Shown: one piece after another, positions 10,566 through 20,256 of the stretch
Position numbering within the stretch: the stretch's first letter is position 1
Layout: the number at the start of each line of letters is the position of its first letter
Assembly (NCBI GenBank): GCA_902626045.1
Contig: CACODU010000001.1
Span: 705 to 64,704, forward strand
Length of the DNA stretch: 64,000 nucleotides
Source of the DNA: an uncultured Pelagibacteraceae bacterium
Lineage (GTDB): Bacteria; Pseudomonadota; Alphaproteobacteria; Pelagibacterales; Pelagibacteraceae
Direction of reading: 5' to 3'
Translations under genes and position numbers: made by a program
Notes under the pieces: generated by a model
Database searches by the model: none
The model's input: only the letters and a program-made list of their open reading frames with translations
What the model was told of the DNA's origin: nothing

Positions 10566-11714
10566 TCACCTATATGCGATTTTTGAGCTATTAAGCTCTT
10601 TTATGCTTTTACAGCCTAATAAAATCATATCTCTTCTAATTTCTTCTCTCATTCTTTTTAAAATTTGCTCTACTCCAGCTTGCCCACCAGCGCCAAGGGC
10701 GAATAAAAAACCTTTTCCAAAACTACAAGCAGTTGCACCTAATGATAAAGCTTTTAAAACATGAGTGCCTCTTCTTATTCCTCCGTCTAAAATTATTTCT
10801 AATTTATCTCCAACTGCTTCCTTTATAGCTGGCAGTTGATCAAAGGGTGATCTTGAACCATCAAGTTGTCTTCCACCATGATTAGATAATAAAATTGCAG
10901 AAGCTCCAATATCAATTGCTCTTTTTGCATCTTCGATCGACATAACACCTTTTAATGCAAATGGTCCTCCCCATTTTTTTACAACATATTCTGCATCTTT
11001 CCAACTCATCGCTGGATCATATTGTTCGTTGATATAATCCATTACTCCTTTTGCGATACTAGATCCTTTTTTTGTCCAATGAGAAACATTTGCTAACTCA
11101 AATTTTTTATTAGTTAAATAATTGAATGCCCATTTAGGATGCATTGCAAAACTCATAATACTTTTTAAAGTTAATTTTGGTGGCGTGGTAAAACCCCATT
11201 TATGATCTCTTTCTCTATTTCCCGCTACAACTGTATCAACAGTTAAACACAAAGATTTAAATCCTGCTGTTTTACATCTATCTATTAAATTATCTGTTAA
11301 ACCTTGGTCTTTATGAATATAAAGTTGAAACATCTTGGGTCCGCTTGCGACATTAGCTATTTCCTCAATAGAGGAAGTTGCCATAGTCGACATACTGTAA
11401 AATGTTCCAAATTTTTCTGCAGCTCTAGCGGATGCTTTGTCTCCATCGTGATGATATAACCTTTGCATTGCAGTTGGTGCCAAAAATAAAGGCATATCAA
11501 TTTTTTGTCCAAAAACAGTTGTTGTAAGATCAGGTTCACCAACACTTGCCAGTATATTAGGCACTAAATCACATTTTAAAAATGACTCTGTGTTTCTTTT
11601 TAAAGTAGTCTCATCATCAGAGCCTCCATCTATGTAATGAAAAATTGGAGCCGGTAAATTTTTTTTTGCTAATCTTCTAAAATCTTCAAAATTATAACAA
11701 TCTTCAAGATTCAT
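10566..11714 (-). CDS. lldD: FMN-dependent alpha-hydroxy-acid oxidase / L-lactate dehydrogenase
   Basis: LSNHGGRQLD, DGGIRRGTH, YIDGGS motifs. Confidence 0.9.
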   Translation of the reverse strand: MNLEDCYNFEDFRRLAKKNLPAPIFHYIDGGSDDETTLKRNTESFLKCDLVPNILASVGEPDLTTTVFGQKIDMPLFLAPTAMQRLYHHDGDKASARAAEKFGTFYSMSTMATSSIEEIANVASGPKMFQLYIHKDQGLTDNLIDRCKTAGFKSLCLTVDTVVAGNRERDHKWGFTTPPKLTLKSIMSFAMHPKWAFNYLTNKKFELANVSHWTKKGSSIAKGVMDYINEQYDPAMSWKDAEYVVKKWGGPFALKGVMSIEDAKRAIDIGASAILLSNHGGRQLDGSRSPFDQLPAIKEAVGDKLEIILDGGIRRGTHVLKALSLGATACSFGKGFLFALGAGGQAGVEQILKRMREEIRRDMILLGCKSIKELNSSKIAYR

Positions 11715-11719
11715 TATTA

Positions 11720-12223
11720 TTAAAAGTTTTTTGAAAAAGTAATTTGTTGATTATCTGTACCTGGATTAGTTTCGCCCCAGTCATTATTGGAAATATGACT
11801 ATAGCTATAACTTAATTTAGAGTTTTCGAAAATGTCCAGGCCTATTTTTACTTCACTTTTAAATTCTAGCACACTACCTAAATCTTTTCCGCCACCTTTC
11901 TCGTAATAACCAGGAGTAAAACTTGGTAAAATCTTTAAAGGGCCAACTCCGTACTGCCCTTCAACACCTGTGTAAAGGTAAACTGAACTATTGCCTGTCA
12001 TAAAAGCTCCTGTAACAGGTTTCAACTTTCCTAAAAAAGTGTCTCTAAATAAGTTTGGATTTTTGTGTTCAATTCCAAATAAAGAAGTTTTATCATCACC
12101 CTCTTTATCTATTACATCAAATGTACCAGTGTAAAATGAAATATCTTTATTTCCTTGTTCTGCGTGCGCATGAACAAATATTATGAAAGCGAATAATAAG
12201 TTTATTAGCAGTTTGAATTTCAT
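11720..12223 (-). CDS. Outer-membrane beta-barrel, PagL-like lipid A deacylase (acyloxyacyl hydrolase family)
   Basis: Signal peptide, GKDLG...EFKSE, HISN catalytic motif, NPG, C-terminal Phe. Confidence 0.8.
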   Translation of the reverse strand: MKFKLLINLLFAFIIFVHAHAEQGNKDISFYTGTFDVIDKEGDDKTSLFGIEHKNPNLFRDTFLGKLKPVTGAFMTGNSSVYLYTGVEGQYGVGPLKILPSFTPGYYEKGGGKDLGSVLEFKSEVKIGLDIFENSKLSYSYSHISNNDWGETNPGTDNQQITFSKNF

Positions 12224-12272
12224 ATAAAAAAATACAACTAAATGTTTAATATGTACAGTTTCCTTTAGAACT

Positions 12273-12632
12273 TTATTGCTTTTTTTTTAGAAAAGAAAAA
12301 ATGAAAAAACCACCAAAAATTAAGACAATATAAGGCAAAATCCATAGTATGGAATTTTGAATATTAAATTGAGGTTTAAATACGATCCAGTCTCCATACT
12401 TATCTGACATAAATAAGTAAATTTCTTCCTCAGTTTTTCCTTCATCAATAAGATCTTCTACGACTAACTTAATTGTTTGAGCAAAATCAGAGTTTGAATC
12501 TGAAATTGATTGTCCTTGGCAGACTAAACAGCGTAAATTTTTATGAATCTGATTTGGATCGACAGTTTTTTCTGCTGCAAAAGTAAATTTCAAGAAAAAT
12601 ATATAAAAAATTAAAAATAAACTTAATTTCAT
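12273..12632 (-). CDS. ccmH: Cytochrome c biogenesis protein CcmH
   Basis: LRCLVCQGQSISDS, YGDW motif. Confidence 0.93.
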   Translation of the reverse strand: MKLSLFLIFYIFFLKFTFAAEKTVDPNQIHKNLRCLVCQGQSISDSNSDFAQTIKLVVEDLIDEGKTEEEIYLFMSDKYGDWIVFKPQFNIQNSILWILPYIVLIFGGFFIFSFLKKKQ

Positions 12633-12634
12633 AA

Positions 12635-13150
12635 TTACTCTATTATTTTAATAATAGCATTATAATCGTCAATAGATAACGGTCCTACAAATTTTTGTAT
12701 AATCATCAATTCTTTATTTATTAATATACTTTCTGGAATTCCGTAAATGCCAAATCTCACTGACTGCTTTCCGTTTTCGTCTTTAGCTAATAAATCATAT
12801 GGATTACCTAACTCACTTAAAAATTTTTTAGATTTAGTATTTTTATCTTTAAAATTAATACCAAATATCGTTAAGTTTTTCGTTTTAGACAATTTCATTA
12901 ATATTGGATGTTCAATTCTACAAGGTGTACACCATGATGCCCAAAAATTAATTAGAGTGTAATTATATTTTCTTATGTCATCTCTTGTGTAGAAATTTGT
13001 TTCATCAAAAGATAATATTTTAAATTCTGGAGTATTTTTATTGATTAAATTAGAGGTGTTATAATTTGTGTCTCTTGTAAGACTTATATAAAATATGCCT
13101 ATGACAAATAAAAAAATGAATAAAATTATTATTTTAATTATTTTTTGCAT
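12635..13150 (-). CDS. ccmG: Thiol:disulfide interchange protein CcmG/DsbE
   Basis: NFWASWCTPCRIEH, GIYGIPE. Confidence 0.92.
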   Translation of the reverse strand: MQKIIKIIILFIFLFVIGIFYISLTRDTNYNTSNLINKNTPEFKILSFDETNFYTRDDIRKYNYTLINFWASWCTPCRIEHPILMKLSKTKNLTIFGINFKDKNTKSKKFLSELGNPYDLLAKDENGKQSVRFGIYGIPESILINKELMIIQKFVGPLSIDDYNAIIKIIE

Positions 13151-15014
13151 TGCTAAATAGTCTTAAAAAGCCGCCAACAACGATCATGATTACTGATATC
13201 CAGATCCAAGCCATCAATGGTTTTTTTTGAAACTTAATATTATAATAATCTGATCTATCAATATTGCTCATGGTTAAATAATAATCTTTGATCAAACTAG
13301 TTTTAATAGCTGCCTCATAAGTTAAAGTTTTGGGATTATCGTAAATTCTTATTTCTGGATTTAAAATATTAGTTTGATTTGAATTTATATTTTTTATTAC
13401 TAATTTTCCGATAATTGCTTGATAATTTTTATAATTTTTTAAATCTAAATTCTGTAACTGAATAGAGTAATTTTCAAATTTTTTTGTTTCCCCTAATTTA
13501 ATATTATAATCTTTTTCCACTGAAAAAATATGATTCAATCCAATGAACAAAACTAAAAAACCAAAAGACGTATGTGAAATAATTCTAGCAAAATCTAATT
13601 TGTTTTTTTTAATAGCTTTTGATGTATCAATCAAAGAAGAAATGATCAAAAATAGAGCACTAATGATAATAAAATTAGATAAAAGTGAGTAGCTTTTAAA
13701 AAAGAATATTATTGCTAAATTTAAACTAATCGCACCGGTTAGTATAAGAAAATAAATTTTAATGTTTTCAAATTTGTTTTTTATCCATTTTGCTTTAGGT
13801 CCTAAAGCCATAAATATAAGAAATACAACAACTACCGGAAATATAATTACATTATAAAAAGGTGGACCTACCGAAATTTTATTATCAGTTATAGCATCAG
13901 TAAAAATTGGGTAAATAGTTCCTAGCAAAACGGTAATTAAGTAAAACATCATAAACCAGTTGTTAACCAAAATGAATGTTTCTTTACTATTCCGATTTAA
14001 ATCATAATTTTCTTTTTTATACTTTTGAAAAAGGAGAAAAATAGATCCAAATATCATTAAACTTAAAAATATTAATATATAGACTCCCCTAGTTGGATCA
14101 CTCGCAAATGTATGAACAGAATTTAAAATCCCAGATCTTACTAAAAAGGTTCCTGTCACACTCAAAGTAAATGTAATTAAACATAGTATAATTACCCAAA
14201 AATAAAATAGATTTCTTTTTTCAAAAACAATTAATGAATGAAATAAAGCAGTCATAGCAAACCAAGGTAACAAAGAAGCATTTTCTACGGGGTCCCAAAA
14301 CCAAAAACCTCCCCAGCCCAATTCATAGTAAGCCCATATGGAACCAACAAGAATTCCAAGTGTTTGAAAACACCAAGAAATTAAAACCCATTTTTTTATA
14401 GAAAGAGAAAATGATTTTTCTGAATAATTTGTAATTAGTGATGATATAGCTGCTGAAAAATAAATAGATGCACCAACAAAACCTACGTAAAGTAATGGAG
14501 GATGTATAGCTAAAGCAGGATCTTGTAAAATTGGATTTAAACCTAAACCTTCTGATGGAACTGGAGAAATTGGACTGAAAGGATTTGAATTAAATAAAAT
14601 AAAAAAAAGGAAACCAAGTATTAAAATATTCTGAACAATCAACGTAATAAGTCTAAATTTTTTTGGGTGATTTTTGTTGTAGACTAAAAATAAAAAAGAA
14701 AATATTGAAAGAATGATAGCCCAAAGCAATAAGCTTCCTTCATGGTTTCCCCATGTGCCTGAAATCTTATAAAATAAAGGCTTCAAAGAATGTGAGTTTT
14801 GATAAACAGTAATTAAAGAAAAATCTGAGACAATAAAAGCAGCTATCAAAACAAAAAAGCAAATAATTATTGAGGTACTTTGGATTAAACTTAGTTGAAA
14901 AATATTTTTATCTACCCCTCCATATATTTTTAGATTTCTTTTAGCAGTATAAATAATGCTTAGACTTAAGATCACATTTAAAAATAATAAAATATTTCCT
15001 AGATTACTTAGCAT
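13134..15014 (-). CDS. ccmF: Heme lyase CcmF
   Basis: WGNHEGS, HPP, WAYYELGWGGFWFWDPVEN, SVHTFA. Confidence 0.96.
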   Translation of the reverse strand: MLSNLGNILLFLNVILSLSIIYTAKRNLKIYGGVDKNIFQLSLIQSTSIIICFFVLIAAFIVSDFSLITVYQNSHSLKPLFYKISGTWGNHEGSLLLWAIILSIFSFLFLVYNKNHPKKFRLITLIVQNILILGFLFFILFNSNPFSPISPVPSEGLGLNPILQDPALAIHPPLLYVGFVGASIYFSAAISSLITNYSEKSFSLSIKKWVLISWCFQTLGILVGSIWAYYELGWGGFWFWDPVENASLLPWFAMTALFHSLIVFEKRNLFYFWVIILCLITFTLSVTGTFLVRSGILNSVHTFASDPTRGVYILIFLSLMIFGSIFLLFQKYKKENYDLNRNSKETFILVNNWFMMFYLITVLLGTIYPIFTDAITDNKISVGPPFYNVIIFPVVVVFLIFMALGPKAKWIKNKFENIKIYFLILTGAISLNLAIIFFFKSYSLLSNFIIISALFLIISSLIDTSKAIKKNKLDFARIISHTSFGFLVLFIGLNHIFSVEKDYNIKLGETKKFENYSIQLQNLDLKNYKNYQAIIGKLVIKNINSNQTNILNPEIRIYDNPKTLTYEAAIKTSLIKDYYLTMSNIDRSDYYNIKFQKKPLMAWIWISVIMIVVGGFLRLFSNAKNN

Positions 15015-15432
15015 TTTTTTTCATCATATCTTTTAATTCTGGGGGCATGTAATTTTCATCATGTTTTGCTAAAATTCTATCAGCTATAAAGAAAGTCTTA
15101 TCTTGCAGTTTACCTTCGGCAACAACACCTTTTTCCTCTGAAAATAAGTTTGGAACTGTACCGCTAAAGCTTATATTTAGCTCGTTATTGAAATCAGTGA
15201 TTATGAATTTTATTTCTTCCTCTTTAATTATAAGTGAATTTTTTTTAACCATTCCGCCTACTCTAATTTTTTTATCAAAATTAATATTTTGATTATTTTT
15301 TATATCTGTAGGGGATTTAAAATATAAAATGTTTTTGTTTAATGATTGAAGTATAAAAAATATTCCTATAACCGATACAAGTAAAGTTATGGCTAAGAGT
15401 GATGCTCTTTTTTTTACTTTTCTTGGAAGCAT
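15004..15432 (-). CDS. ccmE: Heme chaperone CcmE
   Basis: RVGGMV, LAKHDENYMPPE. Confidence 0.95.
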   Translation of the reverse strand: MLPRKVKKRASLLAITLLVSVIGIFFILQSLNKNILYFKSPTDIKNNQNINFDKKIRVGGMVKKNSLIIKEEEIKFIITDFNNELNISFSGTVPNLFSEEKGVVAEGKLQDKTFFIADRILAKHDENYMPPELKDMMKKNAK

Positions 15433-15440
15433 TAACTGCT

Positions 15441-15674
15441 TTAAATACTTTTGCTGAATGAGGATAAAACCTGTGAAGCGATTTTTGAATTCTCAATAAC
15501 TACTTTTTTTTGTTCTGATGAAAGCTCGTTAATCTCTCTCGCAAATTCTTTTTCGTACTTTTTAAGTGTTTTGAGTGTTTTGTAGTAAAGTAAACCACAA
15601 GCAATAAAAGTAATTCCGAAAGATCCCCATACAAATAAACCGTAACCACTCATAGATAAAAAATTTTGAATCAT
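15441..15674 (-). CDS. ccmD: Heme exporter protein CcmD
   Basis: MSGYGLFVWGSFG single TM plus basic tail, between ccmC and ccmE. Confidence 0.85.
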   Translation of the reverse strand: MIQNFLSMSGYGLFVWGSFGITFIACGLLYYKTLKTLKKYEKEFAREINELSSEQKKVVIENSKIASQVLSSFSKSI

Positions 15675-16378
15675 AATCTTTTTAAGTTTTTTTTCTTTAT
15701 TCTAATGATTTCTGTCTTGTATTTCATTAGAAAAATTAGCGCACAATACAATATTAAGACAAAAAACATTAACAATAATGGCATTAACATAGAAGAATGT
15801 ATTGTGCTCTCTCCAGATAACTTAATGCTAGCAGGTTGATGAAGTGTATTCCACCAATCAACAGAATATTTAATTATAGGAATATTTATTAAGCCTATTA
15901 TTGCAATAATACTAGAAATTTTGTTTGCTTTGTTTTCATCAGTAATCAATTTGTGAGTTGAAATAAATCCAATATAAAAAAGAGCGAGGATCATCATTGA
16001 TGTTATTCTAGCATCCCAAGCCCACCATGTTCCCCAAGTTGGTTGACCCCAGATAGATCCTGTTACTAACGCCAAACATGTAAACATAAGACCTATTGGA
16101 GCAATACTTTTAGTTATTAATTTAATATTTTTAATTTTAAAAATAAAATGAGCAATAGATAATATTGCAATTGAGGAAAAAGAGGCTAGACCAATCCAAG
16201 CGGATGGGACATGTACATACATTATTCTCACACTATCTCCTTGTAAATAATCTGGTGGCGAAAAAATTAAAGCAAAAGAAAGTGCGACTAAGAGTAAAAT
16301 AAAAAAGATTGAATTTATAAATCCAATTAATTTCTCAATCCAAATAAATATGTTGCTAAGATTTAAAATTCTAAACAT
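15671..16378 (-). CDS. ccmC: Heme exporter protein CcmC
   Basis: RIMYVHVP, WGQPTWGTWWAWDAR, WWNTLHQ. Confidence 0.95.
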   Translation of the reverse strand: MFRILNLSNIFIWIEKLIGFINSIFFILLLVALSFALIFSPPDYLQGDSVRIMYVHVPSAWIGLASFSSIAILSIAHFIFKIKNIKLITKSIAPIGLMFTCLALVTGSIWGQPTWGTWWAWDARITSMMILALFYIGFISTHKLITDENKANKISSIIAIIGLINIPIIKYSVDWWNTLHQPASIKLSGESTIHSSMLMPLLLMFFVLILYCALIFLMKYKTEIIRIKKKNLKRL

Positions 16379-16426
16379 TAGACTTTAACTACTATAATAT
16401 TTTTTTTATGTGAAGTTATATTATGG

Positions 16427-16481
16427 GCCCAACTGAGAATTAGGAGGGAGTATAACTAAAGAAGTTTATCCTCAATTGGGC
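16427..16481 (-). ncRNA. Candidate small RNA: 14-bp hairpin with anti-SD (CUCCCUCC) loop
   Basis: Minus strand GCCCAAUUGAGGAU / AUUCUCAGUUGGGC pairs fully with two G-U wobbles; 27-nt loop contains CUCCCUCCU; sits in an unusually long (177 bp) intergenic gap. Confidence 0.5.
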
Positions 16482-16555
16482 TAAAACATTAAAATATTAC
16501 CTGTTCTCTGTGTCTGAGGTTTGAATAAAAATTGTTAAATTTTAGGCAATAAAGG

Positions 16556-16879
16556 TTAGTTAGATATTTTGTGATAACTTGACCCTTTTTTTCCAGAAAA
16601 GATCTCCTCTATTAGCGGATGCTTTACCGGTTCTTTTGATTGATCTAAAAGAAGGTTTTGTTCTGAAACGTATGCCTCATAGGTTACATCATTGCTCTCT
16701 GCTAACAGATGATAAAAAGGTTGATCTTTCCTTGGCCTAACTTCCTTTGGAATAGACTGATACCATTCCTCAGAATTGTTAAATTCAAAATCCACATCAT
16801 ATATTACTCCTCTGAAGTCAAAGTGCTTATGTTTAACCACTTCACCAATTGAAAATTTTGCAGTATTACTTAGTTCCAT
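16556..16879 (-). CDS. hspQ: Heat shock protein HspQ (YccV-like)
   Basis: AKFSIGEVVKH..F.FRGVIYDVD, QPFYHLLAE, AYVSEQNL. Confidence 0.93.
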   Translation of the reverse strand: MELSNTAKFSIGEVVKHKHFDFRGVIYDVDFEFNNSEEWYQSIPKEVRPRKDQPFYHLLAESNDVTYEAYVSEQNLLLDQSKEPVKHPLIEEIFSGKKGSSYHKISN

Positions 16880-16955
16880 ACCAAATAATTAATAATTTTT
16901 TCTCAGAAATCAATATCTAATTTAATAAAATTTTATTATATGCTAATAATCATTT

Positions 16956-17501
16956 GTGAATAAGTCTTTTTTAAAATTTATTACAGACTTCGGGCCATTA
17001 TTAATTTTTTTTACAGTTTACTATAAAAGTGGCAATAATTTAAGTGCAGCTATTCCTCCATTAATAATTTCAACATTAATAGCAGTGGCTATCATGTACT
17101 TTGTTGAAAAAAAAATTCCATATGTGCCTTTAATTGGTGCTGTAGTAATTTCTTTATTTGGCGGTTTAACATTATATTTTAATAATCCGATTTTTATTTA
17201 TATGAAACCAACAATAGTAAATTTAATATTTGCGGCTATTCTTCTTGTCAGTAAATCTTTTTTTAATAGAAATTTTTTAAAACTTTTTTTACAGACTGCA
17301 TTTCAATTAAATGAGGAAGGATGGGGAAAACTTAATTCAAGATGGGCTTATTTTTTTATATTTTTAGCCTTATTAAATGAAGTTGTCTGGCGAACTCAGC
17401 CTGAAGCAACCTGGGTTAACTTTAAAGTCTGGGGCATGTTGCCAATTACAATAATTTTTACTGCGATGCAGTTGCCACTAATAAATAGATATAAGTTATG
17501 A
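16956..17501 (+). CDS. ispZ: Intracellular septation protein A (IspZ/YciB)
   Basis: DFGPL, FGGLTL, KPTI, LNEVVWR, WVNFKVWG. Confidence 0.92.
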   Translation: MNKSFLKFITDFGPLLIFFTVYYKSGNNLSAAIPPLIISTLIAVAIMYFVEKKIPYVPLIGAVVISLFGGLTLYFNNPIFIYMKPTIVNLIFAAILLVSKSFFNRNFLKLFLQTAFQLNEEGWGKLNSRWAYFFIFLALLNEVVWRTQPEATWVNFKVWGMLPITIIFTAMQLPLINRYKL

Positions 17502-17845
17502 ATAAAATAAGACTAGTAGTTAATAATGAGACTAAAAGAAATGGAAAAGAAAAATTTTTTATTAAAAAAGAATTACAAAGTATCTTAAATTTGTATGCAA
17601 AAATGGTTTCAAACGGTTCATGGAAAGATTATTCTTTTACTTCTAGTATAAAAGAGGTTTCGTTTGATGTTTATCAAAGAACTTCTGAGAAACCTGTCTT
17701 GAGAATTTTAAAGAATCTAAAACCGAAATATTTTAATGAAAGGTATCTCATTAAGGATAAAAACGGAGCAATTCTAAAAAAATCTGAAAATTTAAATCAG
17801 CTGATTAGTAAAACTAGTTGGAATAAATTAAAATTGGTTAAGTAA
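17498..17845 (+). CDS. DUF2794 family protein
   Basis: F.KKEL..IL.LY..MV..G.WKDY and F.VY.R.SE.P pattern typical of alphaproteobacterial DUF2794. Confidence 0.75.
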   Translation: MNKIRLVVNNETKRNGKEKFFIKKELQSILNLYAKMVSNGSWKDYSFTSSIKEVSFDVYQRTSEKPVLRILKNLKPKYFNERYLIKDKNGAILKKSENLNQLISKTSWNKLKLVK

Positions 17846-18598
17846 TTATCTTCTTTGACCGAAAAGTCTTAAAAGCATTATAAATAGGTTGATAAAGTCT
17901 AAGTATAATGTCAGAGCACCCATGACAGCTTTTTTACCGATCATCTCTCCGCTATCACTCACTAAATACATGTTTTTTATTTTTTGAGTATCGTAAGCTG
18001 TTAAACCTACGAAAACTAATACACCAATTATAGAAATTACAAAGTACATCATTGTAGATTTCATAAAAATATTCACCAATGATGCAATTATAATTCCGAA
18101 AAGACCCATCATTAAAAAAGATCCTAATTTAGTTAAATCTCTCTTTGTAGTATAGCCATAAATACTCATTGCACCGAAAGTTCCAGCAGTTATAAAGAAA
18201 ACTCTAGTTATACTTGCTCCAGTGTATATCAAAAATATTGATGAAAGCGATGCACCCATTAATGCTGCGAATATCCAAAATGTAGTTTGAGCTTTAGCTG
18301 CAGACATTTTTGCAATTCCAAAACTCATATAGAAAACTACTGCTAAAGGAGCCAACATGATCACCCATTTAAGTTCTGAAGCGTAAATTGTATTTCCAAA
18401 GTTTGTTAAACCAATGATCTGCCCTTCGCTTGAAGTTACAACAGCCATTTTAAAAAATGCTAGAGCTATAAAACCTGTCAATAAAACACCAGAAGCCATG
18501 TAGTTATAGACTTTGAGCATGTAAGAACGTAAACCCTGATCTATAATTGCTTCAGAAGCTGATGATCTTACAGTTGATGTTTGTTTGTTAAATTCCAT
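17846..18598 (-). CDS. Bax inhibitor-1/YccA family membrane protein
   Basis: DQGLRSYMLKVYNYM, YGYTTKRDL, AYDTQKIK, LYLDFINLF. Confidence 0.93.
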   Translation of the reverse strand: MEFNKQTSTVRSSASEAIIDQGLRSYMLKVYNYMASGVLLTGFIALAFFKMAVVTSSEGQIIGLTNFGNTIYASELKWVIMLAPLAVVFYMSFGIAKMSAAKAQTTFWIFAALMGASLSSIFLIYTGASITRVFFITAGTFGAMSIYGYTTKRDLTKLGSFLMMGLFGIIIASLVNIFMKSTMMYFVISIIGVLVFVGLTAYDTQKIKNMYLVSDSGEMIGKKAVMGALTLYLDFINLFIMLLRLFGQRR

Positions 18599-18676
18599 AC
18601 TTTATATATATGTTTTTTTAAAAACTTTTCAATAGTCAAAAATTGACCTAAAAAAGAGCCATAAATATTAATTTTT

Positions 18677-19714
18677 ATGAAATTTAGAAAACTTGGAACC
18701 ACTAATATTGACGTAAGTTTAATTTGCCTCGGCACAATGACATGGGGAACTCAGAATACTGAAAAAGATGCTTTTGAGCAGATGGATTACGCGGTATCAC
18801 AAGGAATAAATTTTTTTGATACTGCAGAAATTTACTCTGTGCCACCAACTTCTGACTCTTATGGTAAAACAGAAGTAATGATTGGCAATTGGCTCAAAAA
18901 AAGAAAAAATAGAGATAAAATTATTTTAGCTTCCAAAGTTGCTGGGCCAGGATGTGACTGGATAAGAGGTGGAGGTAATAATTTTGATGAAAAGAAAATT
19001 GGCGAAGCAATTGATGGTAGCTTAAAAAGATTAAAAACAGATTATATTGACTTATACCAACTACATTGGCCTGAGCGTTCTACAAACTTCTTTGGAAGAA
19101 GAGACTATCTATTTAATAATAAAGAGGGAAATTGGAATAGTTTTGAAAGTATACTTGAGGCTTTAGAAAAATATATAAAGAGTGGAAAGATTAGGCATAT
19201 CGGTATGTCTAATGAAACACCATATGGATTATCTAGGTATCTTGAAATCTCAAAAAATAAAAATGCTCCAAGAATGATGTCAGTACAAAATCCATATAAT
19301 TTAGTGAACCGAACTTACGAAATAGGCATGTCAGAAATTTCTATTAGGGAGAAATGTGGCTTACTCGTTTATTATCCTCTTGCAGCAGGAGGATTATCTG
19401 GAAAATATAGGAATGGTAAAATGCCAAAAGACTCAAGAATGGCACTTTTTAAAGGTTGGGAAAGACATTTAAATCCTTTGGCAATGAAAGCCTACGATAA
19501 ATATTTTGAACTAGCTAAAGATTTTAATCTAACAATGGTTCAACTGGCTCAGTCCTTCGTTAATTCTAGACCATTTGTAACAAGTAATATAATTGGAGCA
19601 ACCACAATGGATCAACTTAAAGAAAATGTTGAAAGCATAAACATAGAATTTACCGATGAAATGATGGAAAGAGTGAACGAAATTCACAACAACAACCCAA
19701 ATCCATCACCTTAA
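18677..19714 (+). CDS. tas: NADP(H)-dependent aldo/keto reductase (Tas-like)
   Basis: LGTMTWG, DTAEIY, DLYQLHWPER, SNETPYG, IIGAT. Confidence 0.88.
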   Translation: MKFRKLGTTNIDVSLICLGTMTWGTQNTEKDAFEQMDYAVSQGINFFDTAEIYSVPPTSDSYGKTEVMIGNWLKKRKNRDKIILASKVAGPGCDWIRGGGNNFDEKKIGEAIDGSLKRLKTDYIDLYQLHWPERSTNFFGRRDYLFNNKEGNWNSFESILEALEKYIKSGKIRHIGMSNETPYGLSRYLEISKNKNAPRMMSVQNPYNLVNRTYEIGMSEISIREKCGLLVYYPLAAGGLSGKYRNGKMPKDSRMALFKGWERHLNPLAMKAYDKYFELAKDFNLTMVQLAQSFVNSRPFVTSNIIGATTMDQLKENVESINIEFTDEMMERVNEIHNNNPNPSP

Positions 19715-19755
19715 TCGAGCGTTGAAATCAAATTAATTTAGTATAAAAACAAATT

Positions 19756-20256
19756 ATGGTGGTCAAAAAAATATTTCTTTTAATTATTCTCGTAATCTTT
19801 TCTTTTAGCGCCTTTGCTAATACCCCAAGATCAACTGGTAAATATAAAAATTGGGAAAGCTTTGTTGCTGAGACAGAAAAAGGTAAAATTTGTTTTGCTC
19901 AAACTGTTCCCACAAAAAGAGCTCCAGGAGCGATTCAAAGAGATCAGTCTAAATTGTTTGTAACGTTTAGACCTGGTGAGAACATTAAAGATGAAGTTAG
20001 CGTTACAAGCGGCCACGATTATAAAAGTTCTACTGTTACGGCTAGCTCAGGGAAAAAAAGATATTCTTTTTTTTCACAAAAAAATTTCGCTTGGCTATTA
20101 GATGATCAAGAAGAAAAAAAATTTATTAAATTGATGAAAAAAGCAACAAATCTTATCGTTAAAGCTAGAACAACAAAAGGCGCGGAAACTACTGATCATT
20201 ATTCAATGATGGGATTTACAAAGGCATATAACACTGCAAAAAAAACCTGCGGCTAG
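19756..20256 (+). CDS. Exported invasion-associated locus B (IalB)-like protein
   Basis: Signal peptide, G.Y..W, KICFA, T.D.YS.MGFT.A...C C-terminal pattern. Confidence 0.7.
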   Translation: MVVKKIFLLIILVIFSFSAFANTPRSTGKYKNWESFVAETEKGKICFAQTVPTKRAPGAIQRDQSKLFVTFRPGENIKDEVSVTSGHDYKSSTVTASSGKKRYSFFSQKNFAWLLDDQEEKKFIKLMKKATNLIVKARTTKGAETTDHYSMMGFTKAYNTAKKTCG

